The notes under the pieces: model-generated
Seen by the model: the letters and a program-made list of their open reading frames with translations, nothing else
What the model was told of the DNA's origin: nothing
Database searches by the model: none
Part shown: positions 8,082-14,859 of the stretch, one piece after another
How positions within the stretch are numbered: position 1 is the stretch's first letter
Layout: each line of letters starts with the position of its first letter
Translations under genes and position numbers: made by a program
Assembly (NCBI GenBank): GCA_964591795.1
Contig: CAZQEL010000013.1
Span: forward strand, 1-26,321
Direction: 5' to 3'
DNA length: 26,321 bases
Source: an uncultured archaeon
GTDB lineage: Archaea > Iainarchaeota > Iainarchaeia > Iainarchaeales > CSSED10-239

Positions 8082-9704
8082 TCACATAAAATTACCAGGA
8101 CCAGGTGGCATACTCATTCCTTTATTTTTAGATGATGCTGCAATAATATCATCAATTCTTAATATCATTTCAACAACTTCAAATGATGAGTTTATTATTT
8201 GTGTTTTTAAGTTAAGTGGTTCAATTACATTTTTTAAACGCATATCTGCACTCTTACTGTTAATTACATCAACACCAATACTTTTATTTTTAGGATTTTG
8301 ATGTAAACTTCTTAATGAAACTAATGTATCAATTGCATCAAGACCTGAACTTTCAGCTAAAATTTTTGGAATTACTTCTAAAACATCAGCAAATGCTTCA
8401 ATTGCAAGTTGTTCACGACCACCAATAGTTTTAGCATAATTTTTAATTTTTAAAGAAACCTCAATTTCCGAAGACCCTCCACCAGAAACATATTTTCCAG
8501 ATCTTAAAGATGATAACACAGAACCAATAGCATCGTTTATTGTTCTACGTGTTTCAGATAACACTTGTTCTGAACTTGCTCTTAAAAGAATAGTTACATG
8601 TCCTGAATTTTTAGGATTCTCAATAAACAACATGTTCTCTCCAGCTATCTTCTTTTCAGAAACCTTACCAAATAAACCTAAATCATTTTCAGATAAATCA
8701 TTTATTCTAGTAATTATTTTTGCACCAGAAGCCTTAGCTAAAAGTTCAATATCTGATTGCTTTATTCTTTTTACAGCTGAAATACCAGCTTTAGATAAAT
8801 AATGCTCTGCAAGGTCATCAATTCCTTTTTGACAGAAAACAATATTTGCTTTTGAAAGTTTTATTTTTTCAACCATTTTTTGTAATTGTTCTTCTTCTTG
8901 TTCAATAAATGATTGAAGTTGTTCAGGAGTAGTAATTTGTATTTTAGTATCATTTTCAGGTTCTCTAATTTCAAGAGCTGTATTAAGTATTGCAACTCTA
9001 CAATTTTCTAAATTTTTAGGCATTTCTGGATGTACTATTTCCTTATCAAGTACAATTCCATTAACTATTTTTGTTTCAGAAACCGACGCACCAATTTTTG
9101 TTTCTACTCTTATACTATCTTTATCCATTTCTTTAAAGTTGTCTTTTGTTGCAACTTTTAAAATAGCATCAACAACTTCTTCAGATAAAAATGTACTATA
9201 ATCAGATGCTTTTCCAGTCATTGAAGTTTTTGCAATACTCAAAAGTAAATCTTTATCTTCTAAAGAAATATTTTCTGCAATTTCAGTATAAAATAAAATT
9301 GCTTTTTCAGATGCCATTTTATATCCTTTAATAATAATTGAAGAATGTATATTTTCATCAAGTAAATTTTCAGCCTTTGAAACTAATTCTCCAGCTATAA
9401 TAACACTAGAAGTAGTACCATCACCAACTTCTTCATCCTGGGTTTTTGCAAGTTCTACAAACATCTTACCTATTGGATGTTCTATTGACATTTCTTTAAG
9501 GATTGTAGCACCATCATTACTTATTGTAACCTCTCCTAATTCATCAACAAGCATTTTATCCATCCCTCTTGGCCCTAAAGTTGACTTAATTGAATTAGCC
9601 ACTGCTTTTGCCACTAAGATGTTTATTTTTTGAGCATCTTTTCCTCTTTCACGCTTAGTTCCTTCACCAAACATTGCATTATTTTGACTTTGTGTATCTG
9701 TCAT
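8082..9704 (-). CDS. ths: thermosome subunit (group II chaperonin, Cpn60/TCP-1 family)
   Basis: Motifs are [27 protein letters not shown] and GGGSSEIE. The ORF is about 540 aa. The track ORF begins at a GTG at 9713. The ATG at 9704 is preceded by GAGGGTGA with 5-nt spacing. Confidence 0.95.
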   Translation of the reverse strand: MTDTQSQNNAMFGEGTKRERGKDAQKINILVAKAVANSIKSTLGPRGMDKMLVDELGEVTISNDGATILKEMSIEHPIGKMFVELAKTQDEEVGDGTTSSVIIAGELVSKAENLLDENIHSSIIIKGYKMASEKAILFYTEIAENISLEDKDLLLSIAKTSMTGKASDYSTFLSEEVVDAILKVATKDNFKEMDKDSIRVETKIGASVSETKIVNGIVLDKEIVHPEMPKNLENCRVAILNTALEIREPENDTKIQITTPEQLQSFIEQEEEQLQKMVEKIKLSKANIVFCQKGIDDLAEHYLSKAGISAVKRIKQSDIELLAKASGAKIITRINDLSENDLGLFGKVSEKKIAGENMLFIENPKNSGHVTILLRASSEQVLSETRRTINDAIGSVLSSLRSGKYVSGGGSSEIEVSLKIKNYAKTIGGREQLAIEAFADVLEVIPKILAESSGLDAIDTLVSLRSLHQNPKNKSIGVDVINSKSADMRLKNVIEPLNLKTQIINSSFEVVEMILRIDDIIAASSKNKGMSMPPGPGNFM

Positions 9705-9709
9705 AAAAA

Positions 9710-9717
9710 TCACCCTC
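9710..9717 (-). promoter_or_regulatory. Shine-Dalgarno-like site (GAGGGTGA) for the thermosome gene
   Basis: The plus strand reads tcaccctc. On the mRNA this is GAGGGUGA, 5 nt before the AUG at 9704, and it is complementary to the conserved 16S 3' end ...UCACCUCC. Confidence 0.45.
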
Positions 9718-9804
9718 GTTTAATAGGTTTGTTAATTAAAAAAATTAAAAAAATAAATTTATTAAATATTTTTTAAACATTAAATTAAAAAATACCACAA
9801 ATAA

Positions 9805-10218
9805 TTACTCGTGGAACTTTCTTTCAACATCATTTACTAAAACATCACAATCAGCTTTTATTTTTTCTAAAGCTTTTATAATTCTTATTTTTTCAAGTTC
9901 AATTGTTTGAATATTTTCAAAAGTTTCAATTGCTTGTTTAAACATACCATAATCAGCATAACTATAATCAAATTCGTTCATTTTTTTACAAATAGTAATT
10001 ACAATTCTTCCTAAAAAAAGATTCATTTCTTTTTTAACAACAGATTTAATTTGTTTATTTGCATCAAGACTTTCTCTCATAAGTCTAACTACTCTTGCAT
10101 TTGGAAAAGGTAATTTTTCATCATCTTCCGGAACCTCTTCTTCATTATCTGTTTTTAAAACTTCATTTTCAACTAAGTCTTTTTCAGAAATATTTTGTTC
10201 ATTTTCTATATCACTCAT
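9805..10218 (-). CDS. histone-fold (NF-YB/NC2/archaeal histone-like) protein with an acidic N-terminal tail and a C-terminal helical extension
   Basis: 137 aa. The core LPFPNARVVRLMRESLDANKQIKSVVKKEMNLFLGRIVITICKKMNEFDYSYADYGMFKQAIETF fits a helix1-loop-long helix2-loop-helix3 layout, and LP.(A/N).V.R(I/L)M is the histone-fold signature. The first ~35 aa are D/E-rich. The last ~35 aa are heptad-like (IELEKIRIIKALEKIKADCDVLVNDVERK). The family call comes from pattern only. Confidence 0.45.
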   Translation of the reverse strand: MSDIENEQNISEKDLVENEVLKTDNEEEVPEDDEKLPFPNARVVRLMRESLDANKQIKSVVKKEMNLFLGRIVITICKKMNEFDYSYADYGMFKQAIETFENIQTIELEKIRIIKALEKIKADCDVLVNDVERKFHE

Positions 10219-10318
10219 ATATTATAAACCCCTTTAATTATATCTAAGTATTAATATATATTATATATTACAAAGTATTTAAATAGATTATTGTTATTAA
10301 AAAAAAGAAAAAAAAGAA

Positions 10319-10492
10319 CTAATAATCAGAGTCGTTATCGTCTGATTCTTCATCCCATTCATCATCAATTGAAACTTCGTCGTCTTGAGAATCTAGTAAA
10401 TCTTGTTTTTTCTTTTTTGGATCTTCATCATAATCAAACTCAGAAAAATCATAATCCGCATCATTCTTTAAAACATTTTGTATATTTATCAT
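10319..10492 (-). CDS. very acidic 57-aa protein with interspersed aromatic residues (unknown function)
   Basis: The sequence is MINIQNVLKNDADYDFSEFDYDEDPKKKKQDLLDSQDDEVSIDDEWDEESDDNDSDY. The track ORF begins at a GTG at 10504. The internal ATG at 10492 is preceded by AGGTGA with 9-nt spacing, the same SD type seen at ileS and the thermosome gene. It shares the strand of its neighbours, and the mirror ORF on the plus strand lacks any such signal. Confidence 0.5.
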   Translation of the reverse strand: MINIQNVLKNDADYDFSEFDYDEDPKKKKQDLLDSQDDEVSIDDEWDEESDDNDSDY

Positions 10493-10500
10493 AGACTTAT

Positions 10501-10506
10501 TCACCT
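10501..10506 (-). promoter_or_regulatory. Shine-Dalgarno-like site (AGGTGA) for the acidic mini-protein ORF
   Basis: The plus strand reads tcacct. On the mRNA this is AGGUGA, 9 nt before the AUG at 10492. Confidence 0.4.
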
Positions 10507-10537
10507 ACACATTAAAATAGAAATAATTCTTAAAAAG

Positions 10538-10612
10538 TGGGAATAGCAGGATTTGAACCTGCGACCTCTCGATTATCAGTCGAGTGCTCCAACCAGACTA
10601 AGCTACACTCCC
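10538..10612 (-). tRNA. tRNA-Ile (anticodon GAU)
   Basis: The reverse complement reads GGGAGTG-TA-GCTT-AGTCTGGTTG-GAGC-A-CTCGA-CTGATAA-TCGAG-AGGTC-GCAGG-TTCAAAT-CCTGC-TATTCCC-A. It is 75 nt with no encoded CCA. Confidence 0.9.
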
Positions 10613-10706
10613 TTATTGATAAATATTAATTAAGAATAGTATATAAAAATATTTCTATTGTTAGATATTTAACTCAACAAACAAATAAAAACCCTTCTTT
10701 TTTATA

Positions 10707-10716
10707 TTATATAAAT
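10707..10716 (+). promoter_or_regulatory. candidate TATA box (TTATATAAAT) for tRNA-Gln
   Basis: It is centred about 26 nt upstream of the mature 5' end at 10737, the canonical archaeal spacing. Specificity is low because the flanks are almost pure A/T. Confidence 0.3.
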
Positions 10717-10736
10717 AAGAAAAGTTATAAAAATAA

Positions 10737-10809
10737 AGTCCGATAGTGTAGAGGCCAAGCATACAAGGCTTTGAACCTTGTGACAGGAGTTCAAATCTCC
10801 TTCGGACTA
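10737..10809 (+). tRNA. tRNA-Gln (anticodon UUG)
   Basis: The sequence reads AGTCCGA-TA-GTGT-AGAGGCCAA-GCAT-A-CAAGG-CTTTGAA-CCTTG-TGAC-AGGAG-TTCAAAT-CTCCT-TCGGACT-A. The acceptor stem is a perfect 7 bp beginning with A1-U72. There is no encoded CCA. Confidence 0.88.
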
Positions 10810-10844
10810 CTATTATTATTTTATTAAACAAATGTGATTTAAAT

Positions 10845-11039
10845 ATGGTATTCGGACTTTTTAAAAAAAAAGAAAAAAAAGAAAAAACAGAAAAAAGAAT
10901 AGACTTTGCTAATTCTAAATATCCAGAAGCAACCTGTGCTTTATGCAGTCAAAAAGGCTGTGATAAAAAATGGGGTGGACAATATTGGCATAAAAAATGT
11001 TTAAGATCAACCAAAGGTATGGCAAAAGGAATGATCTAA
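10845..11039 (+). CDS. small Lys-rich protein with a putative zinc-binding motif (C-x2-C-x4-C-x9-H-x2-C)
   Basis: 64-aa ORF with an ATG start and GTGAT 5 nt upstream. The motif region is TCALCSQKGCDKKWGGQYWHKKC. No family was recognised. Confidence 0.4.
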   Translation: MVFGLFKKKEKKEKTEKRIDFANSKYPEATCALCSQKGCDKKWGGQYWHKKCLRSTKGMAKGMI

Positions 11040-11064
11040 ATTAATTTTTATTTTAAAAAAAAAG

Positions 11065-11553
11065 TTAATTAGAAAAAATATAACTCTTAATCTTATTTTT
11101 TATAATATTAATATTATTTAAGTAAACATTTAAAGCAGCTTCAAGTCTTGAGGCTTCTAAATTAAATTCTTTTGCTCTTCCTGCAATTAAATATTCTTCA
11201 TCTTTTTGTTTTTCAATAATTTCAAGTTCTTTTCTAACTGAAATATATCTTTTAATGGTCATTGCATAATATATATAATTATCTAAAAAATCACTATATA
11301 ATTTTCTAGTAACATCATCTTTGTAAATTTGACGACCTTCAAAAGTAAATTTACCTTGTTGTTTAGAACCAGTTTTTTTACCAGAAGCAACTTCAGAAAC
11401 AACTAAATAATGTTGCTCTAACCAATCAATGGATTTTGATCTATAATTTTTTTGTTCAACATTTTCAACTCTAGGTCTTTTCGATTCAGAAATTAATGAT
11501 TCATCAATTTCTACAGTTTCTGTAACTCTTGTCTTTTTAAATAATTTAAACAT
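11065..11553 (-). CDS. hypothetical protein (162 aa)
   Basis: ATG start with GGTGGA 8 nt upstream. It is an intact ORF in its own intergenic context with a helical, K/E-rich C-terminal third. No motif was recognised. Confidence 0.55.
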   Translation of the reverse strand: MFKLFKKTRVTETVEIDESLISESKRPRVENVEQKNYRSKSIDWLEQHYLVVSEVASGKKTGSKQQGKFTFEGRQIYKDDVTRKLYSDFLDNYIYYAMTIKRYISVRKELEIIEKQKDEEYLIAGRAKEFNLEASRLEAALNVYLNNINIIKNKIKSYIFSN

Positions 11554-11671
11554 CTTAATCCACCAAATATCTTTTAAATAAAATTTTATATATATAATGT
11601 ATAATTAAATTTAAAAACTAATGGTTATTAATAAACCAATTAAAACTAGTAAAAAGAACACATTTTGTTGT

Positions 11672-12181
11672 CTACAAATCAAATTTAGTCTTTAATTTAT
11701 GTTTTTGAATGATTTTCTTAATATCATTAACTACCTGTTCAGGAGAAATTGACACAACTTCAAAGTCACATAATCGATTCCAACCAATATCACCTTTACG
11801 TCTAGGAAGCACATGAAAATGAAGATGACTTATGCTCTCACCAGCAACCTCACCAATACTACAACCAACATTAAATCCTTCTGGATTCATATAAATTTTT
11901 AAAGCAAAAATAGAAAGATCAATTAAATTAAAAATATCAATTCTTTCTTTTGAAGTTAAATCAATTATTTGATTTACATGTCTTTTAACAATAATAAGAA
12001 GTTGTCCTGCAGCATAAGGATATTTATTTGCTTGAATATAAGCTGTTTTTGTTGAAAAAATAACTTCTGAATCACTAGGATGACAAAAAACACAAGTTTT
12101 TGAATTTTTACTATTCTTTTTTGTATTCGAAGTCCAATAATCTTTTCTCCAAGGCGCATATAAAACTTTGTTTAATACCAT
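11672..12181 (-). CDS. HIT-family nucleotide hydrolase/transferase (histidine triad; Ap4A phosphorylase-like subgroup)
   Basis: It carries the histidine triad SHLHFHVLPR, the N-terminal LYAPWRKDYW plus CVFC typical of this HIT subgroup, and the NKYPYAAGQLLII nucleotide-binding block. The start ATG overlaps the stop of the upstream gene (ATGGTATTAA). Confidence 0.85.
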   Translation of the reverse strand: MVLNKVLYAPWRKDYWTSNTKKNSKNSKTCVFCHPSDSEVIFSTKTAYIQANKYPYAAGQLLIIVKRHVNQIIDLTSKERIDIFNLIDLSIFALKIYMNPEGFNVGCSIGEVAGESISHLHFHVLPRRKGDIGWNRLCDFEVVSISPEQVVNDIKKIIQKHKLKTKFDL

Positions 12182-12879
12182 ATATACTTTCTCTTTAATT
12201 TTTTAAATAATCTATATGCAACAACAGTTACAAATAATAGAATAATATACTTAATTAATATCCAAAATAAACAATAATACAAATAATAAAAACTAGTGAT
12301 ATTAAATAATAAATAATAACTTTTTAAAAATGAAAAATAACTGATTATAAAAAGAACAGATTCAACAACATACAAAAATATTGATAAATTTAATATACCT
12401 TTAAATAAAACATTAAATTTAACATTAATTCTTGATGCTTCATATGCAAATAAGAAATAAATTAAAAAGAATGTTAAAAGTATCATTGAAGTATACATTT
12501 GATATGAAAATGTGAAATTAGCATGATATATAATTGCATTTGATGCTATAGAATATACTGCAAGCTTGATTATAAAATCACAAAAAAGAACAAACAATAA
12601 AATATATAATAAAAACCACAAAAATTGAAAATAAGTATCAAAAGTAATTCCACGTCTAAATTTTGTAAAATTATTTTTTTTAAATTTAGTAGAATAATTA
12701 TTAGTAATAGACTGTGAATGATTAATTGTAGGTGTGTGCTTTTTTACAGTTACAGATTTTTTAATTTTTATGGATTTTATATGTTTTTTTTTTAATAAAG
12801 GCTTTTTAGAAATAGATGCCTTTTTTTTAATTATTTTTCTAGATTTAGATAATTTAACATTCTTCTTTCTTTCAACCAT
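12172..12879 (-). CDS. hypothetical membrane protein with an extremely Lys-rich N-terminal tail of about 75 aa and 4-5 TM helices
   Basis: 235-aa ORF with an ATG start. It sits between gatE and the HIT gene, with a 32-nt gap upstream and a 10-nt overlap downstream. The tail begins MVERKKNVKLSKSRKIIKKKASISKKPLLKKKHIKSIKIKK. The remainder is F/Y/L/I-rich hydrophobic helices. Confidence 0.65.
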   Translation of the reverse strand: MVERKKNVKLSKSRKIIKKKASISKKPLLKKKHIKSIKIKKSVTVKKHTPTINHSQSITNNYSTKFKKNNFTKFRRGITFDTYFQFLWFLLYILLFVLFCDFIIKLAVYSIASNAIIYHANFTFSYQMYTSMILLTFFLIYFLFAYEASRINVKFNVLFKGILNLSIFLYVVESVLFIISYFSFLKSYYLLFNITSFYYLYYCLFWILIKYIILLFVTVVAYRLFKKLKRKYIWY

Positions 12880-12911
12880 ATGTAATCAATTATATATTGG
12901 ATTAGTTTTAT

Positions 12912-14846
12912 TTAAAAAGATTTGTTTTTTTCTAAAAACAAACTAATTTCTTGTTTTGCTATTTCTGAAATGATTTTCCCATCAAATTTATTTTCAGTAG
13001 CACTCATTGTTCTACCCATAATAAGCCCAATAGACCTTTCTTTTTGTTTTTTAATAATATCTTTGTTTTCAATAATTATTTTTATTATTGTTTGTCTTAA
13101 AATTGAATCATCAATATCTTCTTTTTTATTATCTAAGATTAATTTATCTAAATTAAATGGATTTGTTAAATATTGTATAAATACATCTAAAAGTTTATTT
13201 TTAGTAACCACATCAAAAATATTTTCATAGGAAAAGAAAGTTAATAAAAGACTATCAGCCACATCATCAAGATCTATTAAAGAATCTCTTGACGCTTTAA
13301 TTAAATCTTCTAATAAAAATACTGAAAGAGTTGTTGGATTAATATTTGTGGTTTTAACAATTTTTTCAAAAATTGGAGCAAAATTATTAAGTTTCATCTT
13401 ATCTGCTAATTGAGAACTTATTTTAAAATTTTTAACATAAAGAACTTCTCTTTCTTTTAAACTCAAAGGAAGTTCACTTTTAACTTCTGAAATTAAATGA
13501 TCAGTAAATGCAATTTTAGATAAATCTGTTTCTGGATACATTCTAGATGTATCAGATAATGGTCTCATATATTCAGTATTACCTTCTAAGGTTACAACTC
13601 TTGTTTCCTGAGGTACACCTTTTAAAAATAAATTAAGTCTCTTTAATAATAATTCTTTTACTAAAAAAAGTTCATTTTCAAAACACATAATTAAGATAAA
13701 AGCGTCATTTTTGTTTAATGCTAATAATTTATTTATATTGATTACATCTTCATCTATTATTCCATAATTTGGAAGTTCATCTGAATGAAAAATTCCCCTT
13801 AGAGAAGTACTATTTTTTAAAATACTTGCAAGTTCAGTACCTACACGTCTATTTTCTTGAACTTCGAAACCTAAAATACCTTTAAAGTTTTCAAGTTTAA
13901 ATCCAAATATTTTTTTATCTTGTTTTTTTGCTTGAATTATTATTTTAGAAGAGCTATTTTTAAAAACATCACTAACATTTAAAAAATTAAAATCAATAGT
14001 TTCAATACTTCTTTTAATAAGTTCTTTTTTAACTTCTAAAAGATTAAGCTGACGTACAACTTCACGTTTTACAAGCTCTGGAATTAAATCTAATTCCTGA
14101 CAACCTTTAATTTCTACTCTTGCACCTTCTTTTATAGAAATATTAATATCTTGTCTTATTGATCCAAGACCTCTTTTAGTTTTACCTGTACTTCTAAATA
14201 ATTGTCCTAAATATAATGCAACTAACTTTACATCCTCAGGAGTGTGTATATCATGCCAAGCAACAAGTTCAATTAGTGGAACTCCAAGCCTATCTAAAGA
14301 ATAAATTACTTCATCTTGTTTTTTTTCAATAGGTCTTGCTGCATCTTCTTCTAATAAAATTTTATCAATTCTAACTTTTCCAAAATCAAAATCTAAAAAA
14401 CCATCTGTGGAAATCATAGTTGTTCTCTGAAAACCAGAAACATTAGATCCATCCACTACCTGTTTTCTCATGGTATACCCTTTAGATACAAATGTTGAAT
14501 TGGTAAGTAAAGAAATAGTCATTGCAATTTTTAATGCATCTTGATTTATATTAAATGGAGGTTGAGAATCAGTTTCTACAAGGCAATTACATTCATCATA
14601 ACCATAATAAACAAATGTTTTATTTTTTATTTGTTCTAATTTTGCAGTCTCATCAAGTTCTCCTGATTCAGATGAAACTGGTCTTAATTTTCGTCTAATA
14701 ATAAAATCAGGTTTACGATTATCACTAATTAATTTTGAAGAACAATTACAAAATAGTTTTTTTGTATTTAATTGTTGATGAAGTTCAAGACCACAAGCTA
14801 AACCAAGTTGTTTATAATCTAAATTTTCAATTTTATGTAAAATCAT
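12912..14846 (-). CDS. gatE: Glu-tRNA(Gln) amidotransferase subunit E
   Basis: 644 aa. The N-terminal LGLACGLELHQQLNTKKLFCNCS is the GatE/GatB cradle signature. It lies 13 nt downstream of gatD on the same strand, the archaeal GatDE arrangement. Confidence 0.93.
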   Translation of the reverse strand: MILHKIENLDYKQLGLACGLELHQQLNTKKLFCNCSSKLISDNRKPDFIIRRKLRPVSSESGELDETAKLEQIKNKTFVYYGYDECNCLVETDSQPPFNINQDALKIAMTISLLTNSTFVSKGYTMRKQVVDGSNVSGFQRTTMISTDGFLDFDFGKVRIDKILLEEDAARPIEKKQDEVIYSLDRLGVPLIELVAWHDIHTPEDVKLVALYLGQLFRSTGKTKRGLGSIRQDINISIKEGARVEIKGCQELDLIPELVKREVVRQLNLLEVKKELIKRSIETIDFNFLNVSDVFKNSSSKIIIQAKKQDKKIFGFKLENFKGILGFEVQENRRVGTELASILKNSTSLRGIFHSDELPNYGIIDEDVININKLLALNKNDAFILIMCFENELFLVKELLLKRLNLFLKGVPQETRVVTLEGNTEYMRPLSDTSRMYPETDLSKIAFTDHLISEVKSELPLSLKEREVLYVKNFKISSQLADKMKLNNFAPIFEKIVKTTNINPTTLSVFLLEDLIKASRDSLIDLDDVADSLLLTFFSYENIFDVVTKNKLLDVFIQYLTNPFNLDKLILDNKKEDIDDSILRQTIIKIIIENKDIIKKQKERSIGLIMGRTMSATENKFDGKIISEIAKQEISLFLEKNKSF

Positions 14847-14859
14847 AATTTATTAACCC

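Noticed and set aside
8082-9704. C-terminal [12 protein letters not shown] tail of the thermosome, considered as unusual
   Set aside because: Gly/Met-rich flexible C-terminal tails are a normal feature of chaperonins. It is not a separate feature.
10291-10494. Plus-strand 67-aa ORF mirroring the acidic mini-protein ORF
   Set aside because: It has no SD-like element. The His/Leu/Lys-rich translation looks like the antisense shadow of D/E codons (GAT/GAA read as ATC/TTC). The minus-strand ORF has an AGGTGA SD and matches the orientation of its neighbours. Neither ORF is proven.
10505-10844. tRNA cluster (Ile-GAU, Gln-UUG) considered as a possible integration hotspot or genomic-island border
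   Set aside because: There is no integrase, no direct repeat of a tRNA 3' end, and no compositional break on either side. The flanking genes are small chromosomal-looking ORFs.
10845-11553. Shared N-terminal M-x-F-x-LFKK in the 64-aa and 162-aa ORFs, reminiscent of ESCRT-III/CHMP N-termini (MxLFGK)
   Set aside because: The match is only 4-5 residues made of F/L/K, the residues most favoured by AT-rich codons (TTT, TTA, AAA). The rest of the 162-aa protein does not look like an ESCRT-III helical hairpin.
11974-13230. Internal or antisense ORFs 11974-12159 (-), 12734-12946 (+) and 12922-13230 (+)
   Set aside because: They sit in alternative frames within the HIT, Lys-tailed membrane and gatE genes. 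They have repetitive low-complexity translations and no independent start signals.
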